From NCBI GenBank assembly GCA_963674865.2, contig CAXXYE010000009.1, positions 288,001-352,000 on the forward strand: 64,000 nucleotides of DNA, given 5' to 3'. Below, piece by piece: positions 22,211 through 33,213 of the stretch (the stretch's first letter is position 1; every line of letters starts with the position of its first letter). The position numbers and the translations under genes were made by a program. The notes beneath the pieces were generated by a model, which made no database searches, had not been told where the DNA came from, and was given only the letters and a program-made list of their open reading frames with translations. This DNA comes from Candidatus Hydrogenedentota bacterium. GTDB taxonomy: Bacteria; Hydrogenedentota; Hydrogenedentia; Hydrogenedentales; SLHB01.

Positions 22211-23581
22211 GTGAAGCAGCAACTCGACCGATTCTTTGGGATTCGCGCCGCCGGATCCACCATCCAACGAGAGGTCATGGGGGGCGTAACTACTTTCGCC
22301 ACAATGAGCTACATCGTCTTTGTCCAGCCCACCGTTTTGGCTGCCTGTGGCATGCCCTTCGGATCCGTACTCGTAGCGACTTGCCTCTCCAGCGCCGTGG
22401 CGTGTCTGTTGATGGGACTCGTCGCGCGGTATCCCTTCGCCCTCGCGCCCGGAATGGGTGAGAACTTCTTCTTTGCGTTCACCGTGTGCTCAACCTTTCC
22501 CGGCGCCATGGGATTCTCCTGGCAGGCGGGCCTGACGATTGTCCTCATTTCGGGCGTGTTATTCCTGTTTCTCTCCCTTTTCGGTGTGCGCGAGAAGCTT
22601 CTCGACGTCCTTCCCGAGTGTCTCAAGAACGCCATCGGCCCGGCCATCGGACTCTTCATCGCCTTCATTGGCCTTCAATGGGGCGGCATCATCCGGCCCA
22701 ACGACGCCACCATGGTGTCCCTGGGCGGCTTCCGGGCGGGCGTCCCGCTCCTGACGGTATTCGGCGTGTTTCTCACGGCCGCACTTATGGGATTGGGCAT
22801 CCGGGCCGGCATTTTCATCGGCATCCTGGCGACCTGCGGCCTGGGCCTCGCCACGGGCGTCATGCCGCGGCCCGAACAGACCGCCCAGCTCAGTTTCGAG
22901 ACCTTTTTCAGCCTGAATACCTCCGAAATCATCGAAAAATGGGATTTGGCCCTCATCGCCATCATCCTTCTCTTCTTCATGGACCTTTTCGACACCGTCG
23001 GCACCCTCGTCGGCGTCGGGAGGCAGGCCGGTTTCATCGGTGACGACGGACGGCTGCCTCGCGCCGGGCGCGCCTTCTTCTCCGACGCCGCGGCCACCTG
23101 TGTCGGCGCGCTCTTCGGCACGTCCACCGTAACCAGTTACATCGAGAGCGCCACGGGCGTGGCGGCCGGCGCGCGAACCGGCCTGGCCGCCGTCGTCACC
23201 GCGCTCTGCTTCATCGCGGCCCTCGCTCTTGCCCCCGTGGTGCAGGTAGTCGGCTATGACGTGGGGCCGAAGTTCTACGGCGTCGACCCATCCGCGCTCC
23301 ATGTCGCCATGTATCCCGCCGTGGCGCCCGCGCTCATCGTGGTCGGCCTGCTCATGGTGCGGCCTCTGCGCAAGGTGAAGTGGGACGACATCACCGAAGC
23401 GCTCCCGGCGTTTCTCACGATCGCCATGATGGTGTTCAGCTACGCCATCCACGAAGGGATCGCCATCGGCTGCATTTCCTTTGTCCTCATCAAGCTTTTC
23501 ACTGGGCGCGGCAAGGAAGTCCACGCCATCATGTACGCGGCGGCTCTGGCGTTGGCCGCGCGCTACGCCTTTCTGACGTAA
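22211..23581 (+). CDS. NCS2/AzgA-family nucleobase (adenine/guanine) permease
   Basis: EVMGGVTTFATMSYIVFVQP, LAPGMGENFFFAF, DLFDTVGTL, GTSTVTSYIESATGVAAGARTGL. Confidence 0.92.
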   Translation: MKQQLDRFFGIRAAGSTIQREVMGGVTTFATMSYIVFVQPTVLAACGMPFGSVLVATCLSSAVACLLMGLVARYPFALAPGMGENFFFAFTVCSTFPGAMGFSWQAGLTIVLISGVLFLFLSLFGVREKLLDVLPECLKNAIGPAIGLFIAFIGLQWGGIIRPNDATMVSLGGFRAGVPLLTVFGVFLTAALMGLGIRAGIFIGILATCGLGLATGVMPRPEQTAQLSFETFFSLNTSEIIEKWDLALIAIILLFFMDLFDTVGTLVGVGRQAGFIGDDGRLPRAGRAFFSDAAATCVGALFGTSTVTSYIESATGVAAGARTGLAAVVTALCFIAALALAPVVQVVGYDVGPKFYGVDPSALHVAMYPAVAPALIVVGLLMVRPLRKVKWDDITEALPAFLTIAMMVFSYAIHEGIAIGCISFVLIKLFTGRGKEVHAIMYAAALALAARYAFLT

Positions 23582-23635
23582 CCACGCGCCACGAGCGCCG
23601 AGCCGCGCGCAACCTGAAGAAGGAGTAATGGCACC

Positions 23636-24406
23636 GTGGCCGCAAGAGTCCGCGTAATCGTGCGAATCGGCCTGCTGATTCCCTGGACGCTTGGCCTGTT
23701 CGCCTTACGCCTGTCGGCCATTCCCCTTGACATCATCGCGCCGCAAGCCGAAGCCGCGATCCGGCGCGGCCTTTTCCGATTCTGGAGCCGGGGCGCGTGC
23801 GCCATCGCCGGCATCCGCGTCGAGATCCAAGGCACGCCGCCGCGCAGGCCGTTCTTCATCGTGACGAACCACCTGACCTTCCTCGACGTGGTGGTTCTCG
23901 CCCGCGAACTCGGCTGTGTCTTTGTCTCACGGGAGGACGTCAGCCGCTGGCCCATCCTCGGCTTCATCACACGCCGCATGAACACCATCTACATCGACCG
24001 CGCCCGCCCAAGCGATACCGTTCGCGTCAACGCCCTTATCGCCAAAGCCATGGCCAGGGACGGCGCGGTGCATGTCTTCCCAGAGGGACGTGTCTCCCCG
24101 GACGGGCGCGTCCAGCCTTTCAAACCGCCGCTGCTCCAGCCCGCCGTCGATCATGCCTGGCCCGTCCACTGCGCCGCCCTCACCTACCGCACGTCCCCCG
24201 GCGCGCCCCCGGCATCCGAAGCCATTCACTGGAAGGAGCACCTAGGCTTCTCCGACTGCCTTCTAAACCTGCTTCGTCTACCCTCCGCGTGCGCGACTTT
24301 GGCCTACGGCCCCGCCCCGCTTACCGACACCGACCGAAAGTCCCTCGCCGAGAGCCTTTGCAGCGCCGTCAGGGATTGCTTCACGCCCATGGATGAAACG
24401 CAATGA
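23636..24406 (+). CDS. PlsC-family lysophospholipid acyltransferase
   Basis: NHLTFLD (HX4D), YIDR, VFPEG. Confidence 0.85.
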   Translation: MAARVRVIVRIGLLIPWTLGLFALRLSAIPLDIIAPQAEAAIRRGLFRFWSRGACAIAGIRVEIQGTPPRRPFFIVTNHLTFLDVVVLARELGCVFVSREDVSRWPILGFITRRMNTIYIDRARPSDTVRVNALIAKAMARDGAVHVFPEGRVSPDGRVQPFKPPLLQPAVDHAWPVHCAALTYRTSPGAPPASEAIHWKEHLGFSDCLLNLLRLPSACATLAYGPAPLTDTDRKSLAESLCSAVRDCFTPMDETQ

Positions 24407-24686
24407 CAGACTAATTCGGCAGTGCCACGCACTTGGCGCCTCTGATCGAAGCCTCCTCCTGAAGCCTACTCACCCATTAGGTGAGGCCGTCTATCTTGCG
24501 AATGCCTCTTCTTCTAATGACTTGGAGCGCGGCACAATTGGCGACCCGGCCACCGGGCGTTGACGAACGGCTGTGCCGCGTGTCATGTTAGGAGTAGAAT
24601 GAGTCGCCCAGGCCTCACACCGAAGCGTCAGGGAGTGGCCTCTCGAATGGGCGCAAGAACTGGAGGCACGACGGGAAGCAGACCCT

Positions 24687-25496
24687 ATGGGACATGCGAA
24701 TGGATGGTGCGTAAGAGGCTTAGCCGCCGGAGCGCTAATGTTTCAGGTGGTCGTAAGTGTGTGTTATGCGCAAATAGTCAATATAGAGGGTTCCCCTGCC
24801 TTGGCGCGGGCACTATCCCTGGATCCTACATTGGAAGATGGTTCAAGAGCGATAAACAGAAGCGAAGCAATTCGGTGTTACGAGGAGTACCTGAAGGAGT
24901 ATCCCCAATCGCCCAACAAACCGCTGGTATTGGCACAGATAGGCCTCATCTATTTGTATGCAATTGATGACGAACACGGCGTCAATCGTGATATTGCGTC
25001 AGCCAACAAGTACTTGGACAAAGCGATTGCGAGTGGGCCGGGCCTCTTATCTCCATTGATGATCTCCGCAAGGACAAACCGGGTGTGTGGTTTCGATGCC
25101 GGCATTCCTCGTATGCGTGCACGAATGAAGCTCTATGAATGGTTTGTTAGCCTGTCCGATGCGGATCTGGAAGCCAGTATCAAGAAGACGAACGCGATCC
25201 GCAAAGGAGTAGGAACACCCGAACAAGTCTCTCCCGGGGCTGAGGCAGGAGATCCCTCTGGCATTGCCAGTGATCGTGAATTGGCCAAGCTTAGAAAGAG
25301 GCTGGATACTGCCACAAGAAATCTCGGGCTTGACTTGGTATATGATGGATTAGGTACGGAGCAACCGGAGGTTTCCTTATCCGAGGTGATCGAAAGGCTG
25401 GGAGAATACCCGGTTGCCCAGTTCGCAAACGAGAAGCTCGAAGAACTGCGCCACAGACGAGAAGAGAAACTCGCGCAGGGCCATACTCCCCGATGA
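24687..25496 (+). CDS. Hypothetical exported helical/TPR-like protein (lower GC)
   Basis: Signal-like N-terminus (..VVSVCYA|Q) and TPR-like AIRCYEEYLKEYPQSP..LAQIGLIY. About 50% GC counted over 24781-24960. Confidence 0.6.
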   Translation: MGHANGWCVRGLAAGALMFQVVVSVCYAQIVNIEGSPALARALSLDPTLEDGSRAINRSEAIRCYEEYLKEYPQSPNKPLVLAQIGLIYLYAIDDEHGVNRDIASANKYLDKAIASGPGLLSPLMISARTNRVCGFDAGIPRMRARMKLYEWFVSLSDADLEASIKKTNAIRKGVGTPEQVSPGAEAGDPSGIASDRELAKLRKRLDTATRNLGLDLVYDGLGTEQPEVSLSEVIERLGEYPVAQFANEKLEELRHRREEKLAQGHTPR

Positions 25497-25693
25497 CGCT
25501 GTGGAAAAGACAGGTACTCCCGGCGGCGCCAAAGAGCAGCAAGGAGCATCATATCAACTGCCGCCCCCGCGTAGCGCGCGAGACTCCTTGCGGCGATCTG
25601 TCACGTCCAGAAGGGGATAGTAGCACCGTCCGTGGATCCAGTCCCTCCGAAATGAGCCTGTGGCGATGATAGGATCTTTCTGACAAGTCGCAC

Positions 25694-28600
25694 ATGTCTG
25701 CGAGATATTCCAGAGCTAATGCAGCGCCGCCGGGAGTGACGAACTCCGTTGAGACGCTCCCCGTTGGCGCGTTGCTGTTCGGTTCGGGATTCTGCGCCCT
25801 CGTTTACCAAATCGGCTGGCTGCGCGAATTGCGACTCGTCTTCGGCGCGTCTACTGCCGCTTCCGCGGCGGTACTGGCGATCTTCATGGGCGGCCTCGGA
25901 CTAGGCAGCGCCATCCTCGGCAAAGTCGCCGACCGCCGTGCCCGTCCCCTCAGGTTCTACGCCGTACTCGAACTCCTTATCGCGGTCGCGGCCTTCGCCA
26001 GTCCCTTCCTCATTCTCCTCGTGCGCCGGTTCTATGTCCTGCTGGGCGGGTCGCTCACTCTCGGCATGGGACTCGCCACCGCCGTGCGCCTCGGACTCGC
26101 CGCCATCGTCCTCGGCGTGCCCACCTTTCTCATGGGCGGCACGCTGCCCGCCGCAGCAAGGGCCGTCGAGACGCCTGACGACGTGGGGCGGAGCCACCTG
26201 GCCCTCCTCTACGGACTCAATACACTCGGCGCCGTGGCGGGAGCTGCCTGCTGCGCCTTCTATTTCCTGGAGATTTTCGGCACGCGCCAAACGCTCTGGC
26301 TCGCCGCGCTCTTCAACCTTCTCGTCGCCGTGGCGGCGTGGAGTCTGTCGCGGCGCTTCGGCATCTCCGAAGAGCCTGAGCGCCCGCAGACGGCCCCCTG
26401 TGCTCCCGAGGCAGCCCGCGCGCCCACCGCCTATGTACTTGCCGCGGCCGCGGCGGTCGGTTTCGCTTTTTTCCTCATGGAACTCGTCTGGTACCGCATG
26501 TTGAGTCCTCTCTTGGGCGGCACGACTTACACCTTTGGACTCATTCTCACCGTTGCCCTCGCCGGTATTGGCCTGGGAGGGGCCATCTACGCAGGCGTCA
26601 TGGGGCGCCGCCCCGGCACGATGAACGCCTTCGCCCTCACCGTCGGCATCGAGGCCGTGTGTATGGCGCTGCCCTACGCCCTGGGCGACCGCATCGCTAT
26701 CCTGACAAGCGCCCTCACCCCCTTGAGCGCCATGGGATTCGCGGGACAGGTGGCCGGCTGGGCGCTGGTCGCCTGCATCGTGGTATTGCCTGCCGCCGTG
26801 ATATCCGGTTTCCAGTTCCCTCTGCTTATCGCGCTCCTCGGCTCCGGCGAATCGCACGTGGGCCGGCAAACGGGCTGGGCCTACGCCGCCAATACCGCCG
26901 GGGCCATCGCGGGCTCGCTGGCCGGGGGCTTTGGCCTGCTGCCCCTGCTTTCCGCACCGGGCGTCTGGCGCGCGGTTGTGGCCCTCTTGGTTGCCGTGGG
27001 CGTCTTGGCTCTAGCGACGGCCTTCGTGCGCAAGCGCGGAGACGCGATCCGCGCCGTCGGCCCGGCCGCCGCGTTGATCCTTGCCGTCTTGCTTATTGCT
27101 CTTGCGGAAGGGCCAAGCGCCACGTGGCGTCACAGCTCCGTCGGCGTGGGCCGCTCCACATTGGATCTCTCTTCGAAGGTGGACCTTAAGAATTCGATCC
27201 ACCAGATACGCCGGCACGTCGTCTGGGAGGCCGATGGCGTCGAGAGCAGCGTCGCGCTGCTCGACCACGATGGACTGGCCTTCAGCATCAACGGGAAGAT
27301 TGACGGCAACGCGCGCGAGGATGTGCCCACGCAGGTTATGCTCGGCATGGTGGGCGCGGCGCTCCATCCCGACCCGCGGCGGGCGCTTGTGGTAGGCCTG
27401 GGCACGGGCAGCAGCGCCGGATGGCTGGCGCGTGTCGACTCCATCGACCGCGTCGACGTGGTCGAACTGGAACCGGCCATCCTCGATGTGGCCCGCCAAT
27501 GCAGCCTCGTAAACGAGGACGCCCTGGACAATCCTAAACTCGCCGTACACGTCGCCGATGCACGCGAGGTCCTGCTCACGACGCCCGACACCTATGACCT
27601 CATCATCTCCGAGCCGTCCAATCCATACCGGGCGGGCATCGCGAGCCTATACACCTGCGAGTTCTACGAGTCCGTGGCCGCGCGCCTGACCCCGAACGGC
27701 TCCTTTTCCCAATGGGTGCAGGCCTACGAGGTCGATTCGCAAACCGTCTGCACCATCTACGCCACCTTGGCATCCGTTTTCGCCTACGTCACCACGTGGC
27801 AGACGGACACCCAGGACCTCTTGCTTGTCTGCACACAGGAAGAGCCGGTTGTATCCGTGGCTGCCCTCCGCGAGAGGCTGGCGCGCGAGCCCTTCCGCGC
27901 CGCTCTTACCAAAGCCTGGCGCGTCACTGACCTCGAAGGCTTCCTGTCCCGCCACGTCGCCCGCCCCGCCCTCGCCCAGGCCGTCGCCGGCAGCGCCGGC
28001 GCGCGACTCAATACCGACGACCGCACGCTGGTGGAATACGGTTTTGCACGCACCGTCGGCAAGGGCCAGGATCTGCTCATTGACGATATGATCCGCATGG
28101 CTCGGGAGCAGGATCTCAACCGTCCCAAAACCTGCGACGGCGCCGTTGACTGGCCCCAGGTCGAGGAGCAGCGCCTCCACATGTTTTTGGAAAGACAAGA
28201 GGCTCTGTTCAACTACAATCACCTCGAGACGGAACAGCGGCAGCGCATCCTCGCCCTGTTCCGCTTCACCCAGGAGGACGTCGGCCGCGGCCTGCACGCC
28301 TGGCGGGAGCAGCCCGGCGCGCCTGGATATCTTACCGATGTCGCCCTGCTCGCCGAGGCCCTGGCCGAAGAGAGCAATACCGACGCCGTACCATTGATGG
28401 AAAGGCTGCGCCAAGAGCAGCCTATCGAGGCGGATGTCATCGAGGCGCGCCTGCTCTGGCGCCAGGGGGATAATCAAGGGGCCGCGGAGAAATTGGCCCG
28501 CGCCTTCGAGGCGTATCGCACCGACCCTTGGCCCATGCCCCAAATCATGGAGCGCGCCCTCCGCATCGCGGCGGCTCTCGCAAAAGATCGGCCCGATACG

Positions 28601-28900
28601 GCCCGCCGACTCGCCCTGTCCCTGAGCCGGCCCTTCGCCGTACACTGCCTGGAGCTACGCCGCCGCCACACCGCGCTCGAGGTCGCCTCGGATGTCAACG
28701 ATTTGGCCTTCGCCGCCCCATTTCTTGAGGCCTTCGAGCCCTATGTGCCCTGGGAGGGGCCGTTCCTAGAGTACCGGCTTGCTTGCTACGCGGCGCTCGG
28801 ACATCGGCGAGCCCCACGGGCAGCCGCCGAGCTTCGCGCCTACCTCCGCGACCTTCCCCTGCGTTTCCGCGACGCGCTCGATCCGCCCGCCGCGCCTTGA
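25694..28900 (+). CDS. Fused multi-TM / spermidine-synthase-like methyltransferase with helical C-terminal region
   Basis: SGFCALVYQIGW, PTFLMGGTLP, LYGLNTLGAVAG (duplicated membrane module); NGKIDG, VGLGTGSSA, VELEPAI, DLIISEPSNPY. Confidence 0.85.
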   Translation: MSARYSRANAAPPGVTNSVETLPVGALLFGSGFCALVYQIGWLRELRLVFGASTAASAAVLAIFMGGLGLGSAILGKVADRRARPLRFYAVLELLIAVAAFASPFLILLVRRFYVLLGGSLTLGMGLATAVRLGLAAIVLGVPTFLMGGTLPAAARAVETPDDVGRSHLALLYGLNTLGAVAGAACCAFYFLEIFGTRQTLWLAALFNLLVAVAAWSLSRRFGISEEPERPQTAPCAPEAARAPTAYVLAAAAAVGFAFFLMELVWYRMLSPLLGGTTYTFGLILTVALAGIGLGGAIYAGVMGRRPGTMNAFALTVGIEAVCMALPYALGDRIAILTSALTPLSAMGFAGQVAGWALVACIVVLPAAVISGFQFPLLIALLGSGESHVGRQTGWAYAANTAGAIAGSLAGGFGLLPLLSAPGVWRAVVALLVAVGVLALATAFVRKRGDAIRAVGPAAALILAVLLIALAEGPSATWRHSSVGVGRSTLDLSSKVDLKNSIHQIRRHVVWEADGVESSVALLDHDGLAFSINGKIDGNAREDVPTQVMLGMVGAALHPDPRRALVVGLGTGSSAGWLARVDSIDRVDVVELEPAILDVARQCSLVNEDALDNPKLAVHVADAREVLLTTPDTYDLIISEPSNPYRAGIASLYTCEFYESVAARLTPNGSFSQWVQAYEVDSQTVCTIYATLASVFAYVTTWQTDTQDLLLVCTQEEPVVSVAALRERLAREPFRAALTKAWRVTDLEGFLSRHVARPALAQAVAGSAGARLNTDDRTLVEYGFARTVGKGQDLLIDDMIRMAREQDLNRPKTCDGAVDWPQVEEQRLHMFLERQEALFNYNHLETEQRQRILALFRFTQEDVGRGLHAWREQPGAPGYLTDVALLAEALAEESNTDAVPLMERLRQEQPIEADVIEARLLWRQGDNQGAAEKLARAFEAYRTDPWPMPQIMERALRIAAALAKDRPDTARRLALSLSRPFAVHCLELRRRHTALEVASDVNDLAFAAPFLEAFEPYVPWEGPFLEYRLACYAALGHRRAPRAAAELRAYLRDLPLRFRDALDPPAAP

Positions 28901-28905
28901 TCTGC

Positions 28906-31900
28906 CTACGGCAGGTACAAGTCCTGCAAGGTCTCCATGCCCTCCTCCGCCGTCACGTGGGCCGTTTCGCACCGCGTGAGCCCGAAGGGATTCGTCAAGC
29001 GGGCGCTGTCATACGTGTAAACCAGCACCGTGTACGTGCCCGCATCAAGTCCGTCGAACCGGTAAGGGCCGTCGCCGCCCGTCAGCGTCACGCACGCGGC
29101 GGCCCTTTGTAGGTATCCGCGCTCCGTCGCCTCCGTCAGCGCCACGATCGTCCGCGTGCCGGGCAGCGCCAGCACGCGCGCCTGTTCCCCTTCGTACACG
29201 CCGATCACGTTCCCCGAGATCACGCATGTGCCCGTGAACGCCACGTCGTACCGCGTCACTTCGCCCGCCCTTGTCTCCACCGTGTCCCGCTGGCTTCGAT
29301 GGCCGCCGTCCAGCGAGGTGGCGTCCACCAGGATCGACGCGAGCCCGGCCGGCACCTGTTGAACCGAGTACGTGCCGTCGGCGCCAATGGACGCGTCCTG
29401 GCTCTCCGAGCGGCCTTCATCACTTGTCACTGTCACATAGACGGTGCCCTCTTGCGGCGGATTGCTGCCGAAGGATACCGTGCCCTCGACCGTGCCGGTG
29501 GCGGGCGCGAAATCGAAGTTGACCTCCGTCACCTCACCAACCTCGACCACCACAAGCCGCTGCCGTGAACGCCATGTAGGCGATTGCCAGATGCCGGCGC
29601 CTACGTAGACTTCGCCCGTGGGGACGCTCGTCAGCGTGTAGCCTCCTTGCGCATTCGTTCTTCCCTCAATCTCGGAGCTTCCCTCCTCCGTCAGGCTGAC
29701 CCATACGTATTGACCTGAGGCCGGCTCGCCGTTATCCGTCACGCAGCCCTTGATCTTTCCTCCGGACTCGAGATAGAAGACCACCCCGTCCACCAGCTCG
29801 CCGTCCGCGACGTCCTCAATAATCTGCGTCGATGGCGAATATCCCGCGGCGGATGCCGTCACTCTTACCGTTCCCGCGCTCACGCAGCTCAACTGAAATA
29901 GGCCGTTTTCATCGCTGAACGCGGTGCTGTCGCCATGGTAGTTGTAGACGGTAAGGCCGTATGGATTCTCGTCCGTGTGCGAGACGGTGAACTCGCGTAT
30001 CGGCGCACCGGTGGCCTGGCTCAACACCTGCCCCTTTATCGAGGCTGTGCCCGCCAGAATGAAATCGATGTTCTCGCTTCCCGCCGCGACGCTGGCCCGC
30101 GCGTCCCCGCCATAGTCGCTGCTTCGCGCCGCCACGTCGTAGACGCCGTCCTCTTCAAGGCCGCGCAGCACATACGTCCCATCCGCCGCGGAGGTTGCTT
30201 CGCTCCGCGACGGCCCCCGCGCAACGATCACCGCACCCTCGACAGGCTCCCAATTGGCGCGCGTCACCGTGCCCGAAATAGTCGGCTTATCCTCCAACTC
30301 GTAGATCAGGTCGTAGTCCGTTAGCTCCTGGCCTGCGGACAAATGCACCTCGTCGACCTTCTTGCGCGGAGGAAACGGGCGGTTAGGCTTGGGATACGCG
30401 TAGATCGCGTACGTCCCCTCCGTCAGGCCGGACAGCATGTACCAGCCTTCTCGGCCCGTGTACGAGAACGCCGACGGCGCGTCTGAAGGTGAAACCGGCT
30501 CTGCGGAGATGATGGCCTCCGCGCCCGCCGCCATCAAGGGCTGCCCCGACACGTCCAGCAGCCGGCCGTCCATACTTGCCGCGGCTTCGAGGGTGATCGC
30601 CACGCCTTCAACATCCGACTCCGTCACGTCGAACGGGCCCAGCCGGCTACTCGCGAGGTCCGATCCCACCCGGGCCCCCACATAGGCCTCCGCCGTGTTG
30701 GGCAGGCCCGCCAACTCGAATTCACCGGCCCTGTCCGCATAGGTGAAGGCGACCGACTCGGTTCCGGACTCACAGTAAACCGAAGCGCCCGATACCGGCT
30801 CGCCCCGCGCATCTTCCACAACGCCTCGGATCGCGTATCCGCCCTCTGTAGCCGCCATGAGCAGCTCGATGCCGGCCACATCCTCACCCGCAACCACCGC
30901 AACGTCTACCGTCTTCGCCTCGCTGGACATGGCGTACCCGTTTCGGATTCCCTCCAGGGCGTAGCTCCCATCCACCAGGCCAAAAACGGTGAACCGGCCT
31001 GATGCGTCCGTTGGGACGCTGTAGACCACCGAACGATCATGATGCTCGGCATACAAACGCGCGTCGTAGCTCCCCACCGGTGCGACCGTCGTGCATTTCG
31101 CACGAACCTGCACGTCGCGGATAGGCGTGCCTTCCTCCGCCTCCAGCACGATGCCCGAAATTGTCCCGCCGGGCATGACCTCGATCCGGAGGCCGCGTTT
31201 CACATCGCCCTCCCCGAGCGACACCGTCGTCGAAGGAGCCTCCGAAACCAGCGCAGCGTCATCCACTCCCACCAGCCAGTCCCCGGCCTTCAGCCCGGCG
31301 AGCGTGAACGCGCCTTCGGAGTCCGTTTTCGCGGAATGCACGTCAAAATGGGAGGTGTGCATCCCCGCCGATACCATTACGTCCGCCACCGGCGTACCGT
31401 CGTCCCCATAGACCACTTCGCCCTCGATCCGCCCTCCGGCCCGAAGCGTGATCCGGGCGTCCTCGGTGCCTACTTCGATGAAATCGGTAAGGGTAGACGC
31501 GTAGTCATCCGCCGTTACCAGTAGTTTCCAGCGCGGCGCGAAGAGGTTCTCGCAGCGGAACCGGCCGTCTACGTCCGTCGTCGCCGCCAATGCATTGCGC
31601 CAGCGCTGATCATGCGGAAACGTGGGCCGCTCGAAATCGTAAGACGGATAGACAATGGCCCCCTCAACGGGACTGCCGGCGGTGTTGACCACGATGCCGG
31701 CAATCGGCCCCGCGGCACGGAGTTCCAAGATGATGAGGCGATCCATCCGCTTCGGCGATGCGGACGCCGTGCAGGGCACTGTCCGCAAGAACAGGCCTTC
31801 GGGGGCCGACGCGATCAAGCCGTACTCAATCATCGGCAAGTTGCTGAACCGGAATCGACCGTCCGAATCCGTTCGAGTCGTCTTCCAGACGTTTCGCGGT

Positions 31901-32973
31901 GGGCGTCCCTCGAGTTCCCCTTGCCCCTTTCGGATGAGGCCTACCCGCGCGCCGGACACGCGCGTGCCGTCCGGATAGACCACGATTCCGTTGATGGCGC
32001 CGATGCCCTCCTCCGGCTTTGCCTTTTCGATCTTCGCCTCCCCAATCGGTAGCTCCGGCCGCGTTTCCTCGATGACTACCGCGCCATCGCGCGTTGCATC
32101 CTCCTCAGGCGTTTCGACTGGATCTGTTGCTGCCGCCAGATCGGCGCCCAACACCGGCGAAGCCTCGTCCTGTTCAACCTGAAAGGACTTCGCCATTTCG
32201 TTTTCACCTGCCCGCCGGGCCGCGAGTTGCTCACGTACGATCACGCCCACGCCGGCGATGAGCAGCGCAATGCCCACCACAACCGCCAGTACCGCCGCCT
32301 TCGGCGTCAAAGACCTCAACCTGCCCTTCGTTTGCCGCATGACGCCCGTCTCCCAACGCGCCGGGGCCGTCATCACCAGCCCCATGATGCGCTCTTTGTG
32401 CTCCCGGTAAGACTGCCTGGGCCTGGGCGCCGCCCCAAGCCGCTTCAACATCCCCTCGCCCAACGCCGCTCGCGCCCGCTCCAGGCGCTTGCGCACCGCG
32501 TCATCGGAGAGGCCGAGCAGCGCGGCGATTTCGCCCGAGGTCTTCCCGCCGAAGTAATGAAGCACAATAACCTCGCGCTGGCGTTCATCGAGATCCCTGA
32601 CTTGATCCCAGAGCATGCGTTCCAACTCCCGTCGTTCCATGTCGGCCGCCGGGGCCGGCTGGCCGCCTGTTTCCTCTGAGAAAGTCTCCTGTGGGCGGGC
32701 CTTCCGCGTGACTCGGCTGGCGCAGTGCCGCGTGATGCCCATCAGCCAAGGGCCGAATTTCGCCCATTCCCGCAGCGAGTCCAGCGACTGGAACGCCTGC
32801 AAGAACGCTTCCTGGCTCACGTCCTCCGCATCGGCATGATTGCCCGTGCGGGCATAGGCCAAGGCATGGACAGCGGGCAAATACAGCTCCACAAGCACGC
32901 CGAAGCGCTCGCGCTCTCCGGCAAGCACCTCGCGCACGACGCGATCATCGGATGGTGGTCTTGATCTGAACAT
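28906..32973 (-). CDS. ECF sigma factor fused to a TM helix and multiple carboxypeptidase-regulatory-like (prealbumin-fold) repeats, paralog 1
   Basis: DAEDVSQEAFLQAF, FGPWL, LDERQREVIVLHYFGG...VRKRLERAR; TM AAVLAVVVGIALLIAGVGVIV; repeated I.G.V....G.PV.GA.V...TD..G.F...L..G.Y. Confidence 0.88.
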   Translation of the reverse strand: MFRSRPPSDDRVVREVLAGERERFGVLVELYLPAVHALAYARTGNHADAEDVSQEAFLQAFQSLDSLREWAKFGPWLMGITRHCASRVTRKARPQETFSEETGGQPAPAADMERRELERMLWDQVRDLDERQREVIVLHYFGGKTSGEIAALLGLSDDAVRKRLERARAALGEGMLKRLGAAPRPRQSYREHKERIMGLVMTAPARWETGVMRQTKGRLRSLTPKAAVLAVVVGIALLIAGVGVIVREQLAARRAGENEMAKSFQVEQDEASPVLGADLAAATDPVETPEEDATRDGAVVIEETRPELPIGEAKIEKAKPEEGIGAINGIVVYPDGTRVSGARVGLIRKGQGELEGRPPRNVWKTTRTDSDGRFRFSNLPMIEYGLIASAPEGLFLRTVPCTASASPKRMDRLIILELRAAGPIAGIVVNTAGSPVEGAIVYPSYDFERPTFPHDQRWRNALAATTDVDGRFRCENLFAPRWKLLVTADDYASTLTDFIEVGTEDARITLRAGGRIEGEVVYGDDGTPVADVMVSAGMHTSHFDVHSAKTDSEGAFTLAGLKAGDWLVGVDDAALVSEAPSTTVSLGEGDVKRGLRIEVMPGGTISGIVLEAEEGTPIRDVQVRAKCTTVAPVGSYDARLYAEHHDRSVVYSVPTDASGRFTVFGLVDGSYALEGIRNGYAMSSEAKTVDVAVVAGEDVAGIELLMAATEGGYAIRGVVEDARGEPVSGASVYCESGTESVAFTYADRAGEFELAGLPNTAEAYVGARVGSDLASSRLGPFDVTESDVEGVAITLEAAASMDGRLLDVSGQPLMAAGAEAIISAEPVSPSDAPSAFSYTGREGWYMLSGLTEGTYAIYAYPKPNRPFPPRKKVDEVHLSAGQELTDYDLIYELEDKPTISGTVTRANWEPVEGAVIVARGPSRSEATSAADGTYVLRGLEEDGVYDVAARSSDYGGDARASVAAGSENIDFILAGTASIKGQVLSQATGAPIREFTVSHTDENPYGLTVYNYHGDSTAFSDENGLFQLSCVSAGTVRVTASAAGYSPSTQIIEDVADGELVDGVVFYLESGGKIKGCVTDNGEPASGQYVWVSLTEEGSSEIEGRTNAQGGYTLTSVPTGEVYVGAGIWQSPTWRSRQRLVVVEVGEVTEVNFDFAPATGTVEGTVSFGSNPPQEGTVYVTVTSDEGRSESQDASIGADGTYSVQQVPAGLASILVDATSLDGGHRSQRDTVETRAGEVTRYDVAFTGTCVISGNVIGVYEGEQARVLALPGTRTIVALTEATERGYLQRAAACVTLTGGDGPYRFDGLDAGTYTVLVYTYDSARLTNPFGLTRCETAHVTAEEGMETLQDLYLP

Positions 32974-33213
32974 GTGAATCCCTCGTCTTTGCCCCATAGT
33001 GCCACCGTCGCGACGAAACGTGACACTTCCGATAGATCCGCCCGTCTATGCAGACACCCTGTGTCCATTCTACACCCGGCGGCCGGGGGTGGACGGTGGG
33101 GAGGGCAATGCTCGGAGCATCTGGACGAATGCCGGAACAGAATGCAAAAGGCCCAGGCACGCCGGCGGAGCGCGCCCAGGCCTCCAGCAACACCTGTATC
33201 AACAGGACACAGG

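Noticed and set aside
33058..33213. 9-bp inverted repeat cctgtgtcc/ggacacagg bounding the spacer between the sigma paralogues (possible MITE)
   Set aside because: Too short, with no target-site duplication or second copy seen.
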